64,000 bases of DNA from Phyllobates terribilis. Taxonomy: Eukaryota. The DNA lies in the NCBI RefSeq assembly GCF_046119375.1, contig NW_027362762.1:262942001-263006000 (forward strand), written 5' to 3'. This document shows positions 1 to 10,715 of this stretch, one piece after another; positions within the stretch are counted from its first letter, which is position 1; each line of letters opens with the position of its first letter. The translations under genes and the position numbers were made by a program. The notes beneath the pieces were generated by a model that saw only the letters and a program-made list of their open reading frames with translations, searched no databases and was not told the DNA's origin.

Positions 1-608
1 AGCCTTAAAAATTGTGTATTATATTGCTTTTCACCAAAATTAGAAGGATTAAGAGGAAAGAATATAATCAGCCCTGATATCTAGGGCTATTGATAGGAGT
101 TCCAGCAGCAGAAAGAATGTGCAATGAACCCTATTCTGTACCATACTAGCTCTCCACAAACTTTGTCTAACTTGTGCTATCAGCAGGAATAATATTTTCT
201 TCAGAATTAGTCCTTAGAAGGACTGATAGAGTAGATTTCTGATAGTGGTGTGGTATCTCTGTTTGAAATAATCGCCAATTCTCTCCCTCGCTCAGCTGCA
301 GCTCTCCCTACTCTGTCTTTGACCAGTAGACTGTGATGGGCATAGGGTCCCAGGTCTGATATAGACCCGATGACACTATGCGGCCAGCCAATCACTGTAA
401 TGCCACAACAAACATGGCTACGACATTACAGTGACTGTCACGCAATCCCTACATACTAATTGGCTGCCTAAAATGCGCCCAACATGCAGGGTGGGGACTC
501 GAGCTCCAGCCCGAGCATTTCAAAATCACTCGCCAAGCACCGAGCAACTCAAGCACTGTGATGCTCTGGCGAGTAATGAATAGTGGCGAGCATGCTCGCT
601 CATCACTA
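1..608 (-). mobile_element. hAT (Ac-like) transposon 5' end, running off the left edge of the window
   Basis: Ends in CGAGCATGCTCGCTCATCACTA, the reverse complement of the TAGTGATGAGCGAGCATGCTCG terminus at 29980. Positions 1-600 are reverse-complement homologous to 4399-4796/10746-10970 and 29980-30600. Confidence 0.85.
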
Positions 609-632
609 ATACTTATATATTTAATTAACGTA

Positions 633-1977
633 CACTTGAAACCAGACGTTTACATACAGTATATGAAAAGACACATATGCATGTTTTTCTCAATATCTGA
701 GGTGAAATCACAATAAACCTTTCCCGATTTAGGTCAATTAGGATTACCATAATTTTTAATATTTGCCAAATGCCAGAATAAGAAGAAAGAGAGAAAGTTT
801 TAAGACATTTTAATTACTTACTGCAAAGTTAAAAGTTTACATACAGTAAAATTACTATGCCTTTAAATAATTCTGGACTGTCCATATGATGATGTTATGT
901 TGTTATGTGTTTGGAAGCTTCTGATAGTTTTTTTGGCAACATCTGAGTTAATTAGAGACACACCTGTGGATGTATTTTAAAGCACACCTGAAACACACTG
1001 CTTCTTTGTGTAGCATCATGGGAAAGTCTAAAGAAATCATCCAAGATATCAGGAAGAGAATTGTGGACTTGCACAAGTCTGGCTTATACTTGGGTACAAT
1101 TTCAAGATACCTGAAGTTGCCTCATTCATCTTTACAAACAATTATATGCAAGTACAAAGAAGATGGGAATGTCCAGCCATCATACCACTCAGAAAGGAGA
1201 CGGGTTCTGTGTTCCAGAGATGAACGTGCTTTGGTCCGACATGTGCATATCAACACAAGGACAAAAGCAAAATACATTGCGAAGATGATGGCAGAAGCTG
1301 GTAAGATTGTGTCAATAATCACAGTTAAAAGAGTACTGTATCAACATGGGTTTAAAGACCACTCTGCCAGGAAGAAGCTGTTACTCCAAAAGAAACATAA
1401 AAAGCCAGATTAATGTTTGCAAATGCACACAGGAACAAAGACCTTAATTTTTGGAGACATGTCCTGTCGCCTGATGAAACTAAAATTTAACTTTTTGGGC
1501 ATAATGACCATCATTACGTTTGGAGTAAAACGGGAGAAGCTTGAGAGCCTAAGAATACCATCCCAACTGTGAAACATGAAACATGGGGGTGGCAGCATCA
1601 TGTTGTGAGGTTGTTTTTCTGCAGGAGGGAGGGGTTCACTTCACAAAATAGATAGCATCATGAGAAAAGAAGATTATGTGGCAATACTGAAGCAACATCT
1701 CAAGACATCAGCCAGGAAGGCGGAAATGGGTCTTCCAAATGGACAATGACCTTAAGCATACTGACAAAATGGTAACAAAGTGGCTTAAGAATAACAAAGT
1801 CAATGTGGTCTTCACAAAGCCCTAATTTCAATACTATTGAAAATTTATGAGCAAAGCTGAAAAGGCAGGTGCGAGCAAGGCGACCTACAAACCTGAATCA
1901 GTTACACCAGTTTTGTCAGGAGGAATGGGCCCAAATTCCGACCAACTAATTTGAGAAGCTTGTGGAAGGATATCCCA
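633..1977 (+). mobile_element. Tc1 transposon, Sleeping-Beauty-like, 3'-truncated
   Basis: TA followed by the TIR CACTTGAAACCAGACGTTTACATAC. Transposase starts at 1018 (MGKSKEIIQDIRKRIVDLHKSG), with frameshifts/stops after ~1400. Homology stops near 1977 and the right TIR is missing. Confidence 0.9.
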
Positions 1978-1997
1978 ATTCAAAATGCATCCGGTTT

Positions 1998-2040
1998 TCA
2001 CTAATCATGATTAAATTATTAATTTAATCATGATTAGTGA
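1998..2040. repeat. Perfect 20-bp-arm palindrome at the Tc1/hAT junction
   Basis: TCACTAATCATGATTAAATT-ATT-AATTTAATCATGATTAGTGA. The right arm contains the TSD ATCATGAT and the first 6 bp of the hAT TIR. Confidence 0.9.
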
Positions 2041-2699
2041 TGAGCGAATATGTTCGAAATGCAATCTCAATAGTTAAATTCGACACGAATATGGCACATT
2101 CGGATTCGTGATCGGAAAGGTGAGAATTTTTACTTAAATTCGGGAAAATTGGTGACATTCGGCGAACAAGGGAGGGAAAATTATTGCGGTGCAACTACAG
2201 TGTTTTTAACAGTTTGGCTAGCATACTGCTTGTGTATGATGAGCGGGCGTACGTGTTTAATGAGTGGAGGGGCTGGGGACAGCTCCGAAGAGGTCAGAGG
2301 AGGGGCTCGCTTGTAATCTTTTCTTTTTTTTTTTCATCCTGTAACTTTAAGTGAGCAAATTGCGGCTTGCTAATCAGAGCACAGGAAGAATCCACACTGT
2401 TCAGATACAAGGGCTTCTGCCATTGGCTGCTGAATTCACATGTCTTCTCTATATAAAGAGCGGCCATATTCCATCAGCGACATTTTATGCATGTCACTGT
2501 TCACAGATGCTGCTGCTGAGTGTGCTCCTGTTTAATGAGAGATATTAGCTAGATAGATAGGGGGTTGTTTGAAAGTCAGATAGTTTCGATAAGTAGTCTG
2601 CTGTGTGCCTGTGAAATCGACCTTGCAGCACATTTTTTTTTCCTGTGCAATTACTGAGGTTCAGACAAAAACAGCAGGGCCCAATGTTAGTGAAAGCAC

Positions 2700-3727
2700 T
2701 AGTGAACCAACACCGTCATGTCCTATCCAAAGACAACTGACAACTTCTGTTACTGGACGGGCTACTCCACTCCCTTTCTTTGGCAGCCACACAGCGATAT
2801 GCCTTGTTGATAAGGACCACAAAGAGCATATGCTCCAGTGGATGGCAAGCGCTGCTACAAGTGGCCTCTCTTCTTCTTCCTCCACCTCAACATCACACAC
2901 AGTACAGTCCACAGAGGCCCTTGCTTCCCCTCCGTAACAACTGTCCAACTGCCCACCTGACTGTAGAAAACCACAGATGGTTGAGTCTGTAGAATTGTTC
3001 ACCCATTCTATACCATGGGCATCAGAAGCGTACTCCAAACATTCACAGAGTCAAGAAGAAGAGGAAAGCATCTGCACCGATGCCCAAATATTTTTTAGGT
3101 TGGATTCGGAGTAGGACGAAGTAGGGTCTGAGCAGGTTCTTGACCCTCATCACCATACATTAACCACAAGTGAGGGAGGTGATCCTGATGAGACTCAGAT
3201 ACCTGAGGCTCATGCAGACTGTAATGTGCTGTCAGGGCAACAAGAGGAGAAGGGTCACAGAGGGCAAGGAATGGGATAACTCATTGGATGATGTAGAACA
3301 TACTACTTGGTGTGAACCCAGCGTCACGCAGCTGAGTAGCTCATCTGAGATGGTGGAGGAGGAAGATGACGAGGTTACGTTTCGCCCTATGGCGCAGGCA
3401 CGGAGTGATGCAAGCACGAGGAGTACAAGTCTACCATGTGGTGAACGACTGGAGAGGATGGTGCAAGAGTATCTAGAATGCAATATGAATACCATCAGGG
3501 AGATTTTGGACCCTTTTACATTTTGGTCTTCAAAAATGGATGAATGGCCAGAGCTCACCTGTCACGCCTTAGAGGTTTTATCATGCCCGGCAGACAGCGT
3601 TTTCTCAGAACGTGTCTTCTGCGTTGCTGGTGGTGTCCTGATGAAAAAGCGCAGCTGGCTATCCCATGAAAGTGTAGACTCTCAAAGGACTTTTGCACCC
3701 CAATCGCAGACTGTACAGACTAGGTGA
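2700..3727 (+). pseudogene. Internally deleted hAT transposase (acidic N-terminus joined to C-terminal dimerisation domain)
   Basis: HMLQWMAS and QMVESVELFTHSI...ICTDAQ match the N-terminus at 48692. RLERMVQEYL...WPELTCHALEVLSCPADSVFSERVF is the hAT C-terminal dimerisation motif. No BED finger or catalytic core. Stops at 2935 and ~3112. Confidence 0.85.
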
Positions 3728-3829
3728 TGTTGTAGTTTTTAGTGTGCTGCATTGATCTCGTGGAATTGCAGTCTGTGATATGCCTTCTGTGCCTGCTTTT
3801 GCTGCTGCTGCAGGTTTTAGGCCCTATTT

Positions 3830-4398
3830 TTTTTAAATGTGAACACTCCTGATTGTGTCTCCATCTGCTGGGTTGGTTGCAGTGGAAGAGGTGTCGGTCC
3901 CCATTACACTACTTATACTCTAGTGAAATTGATGCCACTTTGGTGGTTTTAAGCCCTCATTTTTTTTAAATGTGAGCACTCCTGATTGTGGCTCCATCTA
4001 TTAGGTTGGCTGTAGTGAAAGACGTGTCGTTCCTAATTCTACGATTTTTACTGTAGTGATACTGATGCCACTTCGCTGGTGTCTGCCACCAATTTTTGGA
4101 AATGTGTAGAATCCTGATTAGGTCTCCATCTATTGTGTTGGCTGTAGTGCAAGAGATTTTTATCTCCACTAAACTACTTCTACTCTGGTGAAATTGAATT
4201 GATGGCACTTTGGTGGTGTTAGGCCCTAATTTAGGGAAATGTAAATACTCCTGCTTGAGTCTCCATCTACTGGGTTGGCTGTAGTGGAAGAAGTGTTGTT
4301 CATAATTCTACTATTTGTACTGTAGTGAAATTCATGCCACTTTGCTGGTGTCTGCAACAAATTTTTGGAAATGTGGAAGCTCCTGATTAGGTCTCCAT
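3830..4398 (+). repeat. Diverged ~133-bp tandem repeats in the hAT-1 3' region
   Basis: The motif CTCCTGATT..GTCTCCATCT recurs at ~3847, 3979, 4111, 4247 and 4380, and again after 21630. Confidence 0.75.
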
Positions 4399-4796
4399 TA
4401 GTGATAAATGAGCATGCTCACCACTGCTCGGTACTCGCCCGAGCATCTCACAGCTCGACATGCTCGGCGAGTATCTCCGGGATGCTTGAGCGGGAGCTCG
4501 GGTGCCCGCCCCCGCATATTTGGCACTCTTTAGACAGCCAATTAACATGCAGGTATTGCGCACCATGCACTGTAATGCCGTAGCCATGTTGGTTGTGGCA
4601 TTACACTGATTGGCTGACGGCATAGTGACATTGGGTCTATAGAAGACCCGGTGACCCTATGCTTGTCACAGTCTACCCCAGAAACAGGCAGAGTAGGGAG
4701 AGGTGCTGCTCAGTGAGGGATAGAATTGGTGGTTTAATAGTTAGGTATAGGTATTCCACAGCAAAATATATATGCATCTGAAATAACAGTCCTTCT

Positions 4797-7084
4797 TGTA
4801 AAATACCTGGCGGCGTCCTTGCATAGTGGTCCATCTCCCACTGTGCAAGAGCGCGCACTTGATCTCCAATCCAGAATGTCTCTCTGGCTTCCCTCCATGC
4901 TGTCTGTTTGCTTCTGCTTCTGCTGCTTAAGGGCGGTGCCCGATCACTTCCTGCTTTTTGCACCTGCTGCAGGCACACCCCTTGTGCGTCCTCAGCCTAT
5001 TGCTGTCTGTCACCTGCTATTTAAACCAGCTGCTCCAATTAACCCATGCCTGAGCATTGTGTTTCATTCAGTGTGCTCTTTCACTCTGAATGTGCCAGGT
5101 CCTTTTCTGTGTTTGCTTGCCTGCCTTTCCTGGAGGCTGTGTTTCCAGGCCTGTCTGAACACGCTCCTTGCCTGTTCGTTCCACCTTCTAGTGGCCGCAT
5201 ACCTAGACCCGCTCCTGTATCTTGTCTGTCCTGTCTGAACACGCTCCTAGCCTGTTCCTCCCGCCTTCTAGGGGCTGCATACCTAGACCCGCTCCTGTAT
5301 CTTGCTACTGTTTCTGTTCTTGTCTGTATACTCTCCTAGCCTGTTTCCTGAGTTTCTCTTTGTCCGTACCTTTCCTTTTTCTGCAGAGTCTGAACTCGTA
5401 CCTAACTCCTGCTCGTTGTCACTGTACTTCCGTTTGTGAGTTAGTGGTCCTCTCGCTACTTCACTGTAAGTACCCTGTGGGTATCTGGTTCTGCCTTTTC
5501 CTTCCTGCCTGTTCCGTGTGTACAGAGCCCTGTCCCCCCCAGCTCTGCCTTGCTCACTGCTCTGGCGGTTCTAGCCTGCTCTGCCTTGCTCACCGCTCCG
5601 GCGGTTCTAGCCTGCTCTGCCTTGCTCACCGCTCCGGCGGTTCTAGCCTGCTCTGCCTTACTCACCGCTCCGGTGGTTCTAGCCTGCTCTGCCTTTGCTC
5701 ACCGCTCCGGCGGTTCTGGCCTGCTCTGACCCTTTGCTCACTGCTCCGGCAGTCTTGCTCCGCTCTGACCCCTTGCTCACTGCTCCGGCAGTGTTGCTCC
5801 ACTCTGACCCTTTGCTCACCGCTCCGGCAGTCTTGCTCCGCTCTGGCCCTTTGCTCACTGCTCCGGCAGTCTTGCTCCGCTCTGACCCTTTGCTCACCGC
5901 TCCGGCAGTCTTGCTCCGCTCTGACCCTTTGCTCACTGCTCCGGCAGTCTTGCTCCGCTCTGACCCTTTGCTCACTGCTCCGGCAGTCTTGCTCCGCTCT
6001 GACCCTTTGCTCACTGCTCCGGCAGTCTTGCTCCGCTCTGACCCTTTTCTCCTGCTCCGGCAGTATCGCTCCGCTCTGACCCTTTGCTCACCGCTCCGGC
6101 AGTCTCGCTCACCGCTCTGACCCTTTGCTCACTGCTCCAGCAGTCTTGCTCCATTCTGACCCTTTGCTCACTGCTTCGGCAGTCTTGCTCCACTCTGACC
6201 CTTTGCTCACTGCTCCGGCAGTCTCGCTCCGCTCTGACCCTTTACTCACTGCTCCGGCAGTCTCGCTCTGCTCTGCTCCTTTGCTCACTGCTCCGGCAGT
6301 CTCGCTCTGCTCCTTTGCTCACTGCTCCGGCAGTCTCGCTCTGCTCTGACCCTTTGCTCACTGCTCCGGCAGTCTCGCTCTGCTCTGACCCTTTGCTCAC
6401 TGCTCCGGCAGTCTTGCTCTGCTCTGACTCCTTTGCTCACTGCTCCGGCAGTCTCGCTCTGCTCTGACTCCTTGCTCACTGCTCCAGCAGTCTCGCTCAG
6501 CTGACCCTTTGGTCACCGCTCCAGGCGGCCTTGTCCTGCTCTACTCTCGCTCACCGCTCCAGGTGGCCTCGTCCTGCTCTACTCTCGCTCACCGCTCTAG
6601 GCGGTCTCGTCTTGCCCTGCTCTTGCTCACCACTCTGGGCGGCCTTACTCTGCTGTGTTTTTCCGCCACATCTGTGGCTCTGTTCCTGAGTCCCAGTGTG
6701 TACTGGGTCCTATCCCGCCTGTGTTCCTACCTGCTAGTGCCTCCCTGTCTGCACTCTAGCCGTGCTTGCCTGTACCCCCCTGCCTGCATACCCGCCTGCC
6801 TGCATACCAGTCGTGCCTGCCTATACCCACCAGTCTGTGTGCCAGCCTAACCTGTCTGATCCTGTATCCCCCTGTGTGGGTCAACAGCCGTGTCCGGGGT
6901 CTGTCCTGGAGTAGCACCTGGTCCCTCTGCTCGGTTCCTCCATGGTGCACTGGCGTCGTATGCCGTCGTGCGACCCTGGTCGGATCGAGTGAATACCTAG
7001 TTACGCCCCTCCAGGCATTCACTCTCCGGCATGGTCCAGTGGAATCACACGCACACGCCGCTCAGCCCGGGCGTGTGCATTACA
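4797..7084 (+). repeat. 5' LTR of element A (2288 bp), with internal 36/39-bp VNTR
   Basis: TGTAAAATACC...GCATTACA. TATTTAAA at 5018-5025. Tandem CTGCTCCGGCAGTCTTGCTCCGCTCTGACCCTTTGCTCA units at ~5560-6520. Confidence 0.92.
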
Positions 7085-7086
7085 GC

Positions 7087-7096
7087 ATGCTCAGGC
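7087..7096 (+). promoter_or_regulatory. Putative self-priming primer-binding site of element A
   Basis: ATGCTCAGGC lies 2 nt after the LTR end and is the exact reverse complement of GCCTGAGCAT at 5048-5057, 30 nt after the TATA start. Confidence 0.75.
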
Positions 7097-7188
7097 CATG
7101 GTTCCCGTTGAGCCCCACGGCCTTCGCTCTCTGAGACGTTTTCCAGTGAATACGTGCATTAAAAATAAATTAAAAAAAATATATATAT

Positions 7189-8553
7189 ATGTTTTTTTCT
7201 TTAGCTGAGTTCCAGGCGAATTACGCACCCGTCCAGATGGATCTTTCTGCACTCGTTCCTGCGGATCCACCACGGTACTATGGGGATCCAAGACAGAGTC
7301 GTGCATTTGTGGAGCAATGCATGCTACACTTCAAGTTCTACCCTCCTTGTTTTCCCACCGATCGGGCTAAGGTGGGATTCATGATGTTTTACCTAGCGGG
7401 TGATGCCTTGAAATGGATCACCCCCCTATGGGACGCACAGGATCCTATCGTCCTGGATATAATGGCCTTCCTGGTGGCCTTTCTAATGGTCTTCGATGAT
7501 CCTAACCCGGAGGCTCCTGCTGAAGCTTCACTTCCCAATATCCCGGAGCAGCCCCGATGGGTAATGTGTGTGGGTAGCGCACTAGTCCTCCTGCCCGAAG
7601 AGATTACTGCCCATCCAGATTCCACACAGGATGACTACGCTCTTCGGAATACTTCTCCCAACCTCAAGAGGCAGTCCAGACGTGCTAGGCATAGAGGCAA
7701 GCCGTCACGCCTGGGTCTGTCCTCCCAAAGACCTTGTGATCCCAACCTTGAAGTCCCTGCTGAAGCTTCATTTCCCTGTATACCGGAGCAGCCCCTACAG
7801 GTAACATGCGTGGGTAGCGCACCAGTTCTCGTGCCCGAAGAGACTTCTGCCCACCTAGAATCCTCCGGGATACCACCTGATGACAAATGGAGAGAGACTT
7901 CCCTACACCCAGTACCCGATACCTCGTCCGCTCCGTCCTGTGAGCCTGACAATGGGTACCTCAAAGCGGTAGTTAACCCCGAGTCTCTACACCCCTCCGA
8001 CCAGGCGGAGGACCTCCAGTTGTCTCCAGAACCCTTCGGGGTGCTACCTGGTAGCAAATGGACAGAGACTCTCCTATACTCGGTACCTGATACCTCGCCC
8101 GCTTCTTCCAGTGAGTCCGACCTAGTGTACTCCGAAGCAGAGGTTACCCCCGAGTCTCTGCACTCTTCTGACCCGGCGGAGGTCCCCCAGTTGTTTCCTG
8201 AATCCTCCGGGGTACCACCTGATAACAAAGAGACAGTGACTTTTCTACACCTTGTACTTGATACCTCGCCCATTTCATCCTGTGAGCTTGACAAGTTGCA
8301 CCCCGATGCAGAGGAAACCCCCGAGTCTCTGCACCCCTCCAACCCGGCGGAGGGCTTCCAGTTGTCTCTTGAACCCTCTGGGGTGCTACCTGATAATAAG
8401 TGGAGAGAGACTTCCTTGTGTGCTGTTCCTGGTACTCCACCCGTTTCGTCTGTTGCTGAGGATGGCTGGATAGGAGGTAGCATCCTAGCTACCCAGATGA
8501 GACCAGTTTTTCCGGTGGACAGTGGAAGTGATCTCCTTGAAGTGAAGGATTGA
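7189..8553 (+). CDS. Truncated retrotransposon Gag (capsid N-domain, PEG10/RTL/LDOC1-like) fused to Pro/acidic tandem repeats, 454 aa
   Basis: PPRYYGDP..FVEQCMLHF..DRAKVGFMMFYLAGDALKW..FLMVFDDP is followed by two ~41-aa repeats and ~3.5 57-aa repeats. No CCHC, PR, RT or IN. An upstream ATG at 7098 is out of frame across an A/AT/T run. Confidence 0.8.
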   Translation: MFFSLAEFQANYAPVQMDLSALVPADPPRYYGDPRQSRAFVEQCMLHFKFYPPCFPTDRAKVGFMMFYLAGDALKWITPLWDAQDPIVLDIMAFLVAFLMVFDDPNPEAPAEASLPNIPEQPRWVMCVGSALVLLPEEITAHPDSTQDDYALRNTSPNLKRQSRRARHRGKPSRLGLSSQRPCDPNLEVPAEASFPCIPEQPLQVTCVGSAPVLVPEETSAHLESSGIPPDDKWRETSLHPVPDTSSAPSCEPDNGYLKAVVNPESLHPSDQAEDLQLSPEPFGVLPGSKWTETLLYSVPDTSPASSSESDLVYSEAEVTPESLHSSDPAEVPQLFPESSGVPPDNKETVTFLHLVLDTSPISSCELDKLHPDAEETPESLHPSNPAEGFQLSLEPSGVLPDNKWRETSLCAVPGTPPVSSVAEDGWIGGSILATQMRPVFPVDSGSDLLEVKD

Positions 8554-8616
8554 CCCTCGAATTCCCTGCGGAATATTCTGGCAGGCCTGAAGAAGAGGGG
8601 GCGTAAGGGGGGGTAT

Positions 8617-10715
8617 TGTAACATACCTGGCGGTGTCCTTGCATAGTGGTCCATCTCCCACTGTGCAAGAGCGCGCACTTGATCTCCAATCCAGAATGTC
8701 TCTCTGGCTTCCCTCCATGCTGTCTGTTTGCTTCTGTTTCTGCTGCTTAAGGGTGGCGCCCGATCACTTCCTGCTTTTTGTACCTGCTGCAGGCACACCC
8801 CTTGTGCGTCCTCAGCCTATTGCTGTCTGTCACCTGATATTTAAACCAGCTGCTCCAATTAACCCATGCCTGAGCATTGTGTTTCATTCAGTGTGCTTTT
8901 TCACTCTGAATGTGCCAGGTCCTTTTCTGTGTTTGCTTGCCTGCCTTTCCTGAAGGCTGTGTTTCCAGGCCTGTCTGAACACGCTCCTTGCCTGTTCGTT
9001 CCGCCTTCTAGGGGCCGCATACCTAGAAACGCTCCTGTATCTTGTCTGTCCTGTCTGAACACGCTCCTAGCCTGTTCCTCCCGCCTTCTAGGGGCTGCAT
9101 ACCTAGACCCGCTCCTGTATCTTGCTACTGTGTCTGTTCTTGTCTGTATACTCTTCTAGCCTGTTTCCTGTGTTTCTCTTTGTCTGTACCTTTCCTTTTT
9201 CTGCAGAGTCTGAACTCGTACCTAACTCCTGCTCATTGTCACTGTACTTCCGTTTGTGAGTTAGTGGTCCTCTTGCTACTTCACTGTAAGTACCCTGTGG
9301 GTATCGGGTTCTGCCTTTCCCTTCCTGCCTGTTCCGTGTGTACAGAGCCCTGTCCCCCCCAGCTCTGCCTTGCTCACCACTCCGGCGGTTCTAGTCTGCT
9401 CTGCCTTACTCACTGCTCCGGCGGTTCTAGCCTGCTCTGCCTTGCTCACCGCTCCGGCGCTTCTAGCCTGCTCTGCCTTACTCACCGCTCCGGCGCTTCT
9501 AGCCAGCTTTGCCTTTGCTCACCGCTCCGGCAGTTCTGGCCTGCTCTGACCCTTTGATCACTGCTTCGGCAGTCTTGCTCCGCTCTGACCATTTGCTCAC
9601 TGTTCCGGCAGTCTTGCTCCACTCTGACCCTTTGCTCACTGCTCCGGCAGTCTTTCTCCGCTCTGACCCTTTGCTCACTGCTCCGGCAGTCTTGCTCCGC
9701 TCTGAGCCTTTGCTCACTGCTCCGGCAGTCTTGCTCCGCTCTGACCCTTTGCTCACTGCTCCAGCAGTCTTGCTCCGCACTGACCCTTTGCTCACTGCTC
9801 CAGCAGTATCGCTCCGCTCTGACCCTTTGCTCACTGCTCCGGCAGTCTCGCTCCACTCTGACCATTTGCTCACTGCTCCGGCAGTCTTGCTCCGCTCTGA
9901 CCATTTGGTCACTGCTCCGGCAGGCTCGCTCTGCTCTGACCCTTTGCTCACTGCTCCGGCAGTCTCGCTCTGCTCTGACTCCTTTGCTCACTGCTCCGGC
10001 AGTCTCGCTCCACTCTGACCATTTGCTCACTGCTCCGGCAGTCTTGCTCCGCTCTGACCATTTGGTCACTGCTCCGGCAGGCTCGCTCTGCTCTGACCCT
10101 TTGCTCACTGCTCCAGCAGTCTCGCTCAGCTCTGACCCTTTGCTCACCGCTCCAGGCGGCCTTGTCCTGCTCTACTCTTGCTCACTGCTCCAGGCGGCCT
10201 CGTCCTGCTCTACTCTCGCTCACCGCTCTAGGCGGTCTCGTCTTGCCCTGCTCTCGCTCACCACTCTGGGCGGCCTTACTCTGCTATGTTTTTCCGCCAC
10301 ATCTGTGGTTCTGTTCCTGAGTTCCAGTGTGTACTGGGTCCTATCCCGCCTGTGTTCCTACCTGCTAGTGCCTCCCTGTCTGCACTCTAGCCGTGCTTGC
10401 CTGTACCCCCCTGCCTGCATACCCGCCTGCCTGCATACCAGTCGTGCCTGCCTATACCCACCAGTCTGTGTGCCAGCCTAACCTGTCTGTTCCTGTATCC
10501 CCCTGTGTGGGTCAACAGCCGTGTCCGGGGTCTGTCCTGGAGTAGCACCTGGTCCCTCTGCTCGGTTCCTCCTTGGTGCACTGGCGTCGTATGCCGTCGT
10601 GCGACCCTGGTCGGATCGGGTGAATACCTAGTTACGCCCCTCCAGGCATTCACTCTCCGGCACGGTCCAGTGGAATCACACGCACACACCGCTCAGCCTG
10701 GGCGTGTGCATTACA
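8617..10715 (+). repeat. Second LTR of element A (2099 bp)
   Basis: Direct repeat of 4797-7084 with scattered substitutions and a different VNTR copy number. Preceded by the purine tract GAAGAAGAGGGGGCGTAAGGGGGGGTAT. Confidence 0.92.

Noticed and set aside
5222-6467. Overlapping 100-285-aa ORFs on both strands (also 9482-10481)
   Set aside because: Translations of the 36/39-bp LTR VNTR; unit lengths divisible by 3 keep frames open.
7146-7204. Possible intron linking ATG 7098 to the Gag frame
   Set aside because: There is a good acceptor, but both available GT donors (7146 and 7154) give the wrong phase. Slippage in the A/AT/T run is simpler.
7635-8798. 387-aa antisense ORF
   Set aside because: Shadow of the repetitive Gag ORF running into the LTR; no recognisable motif.
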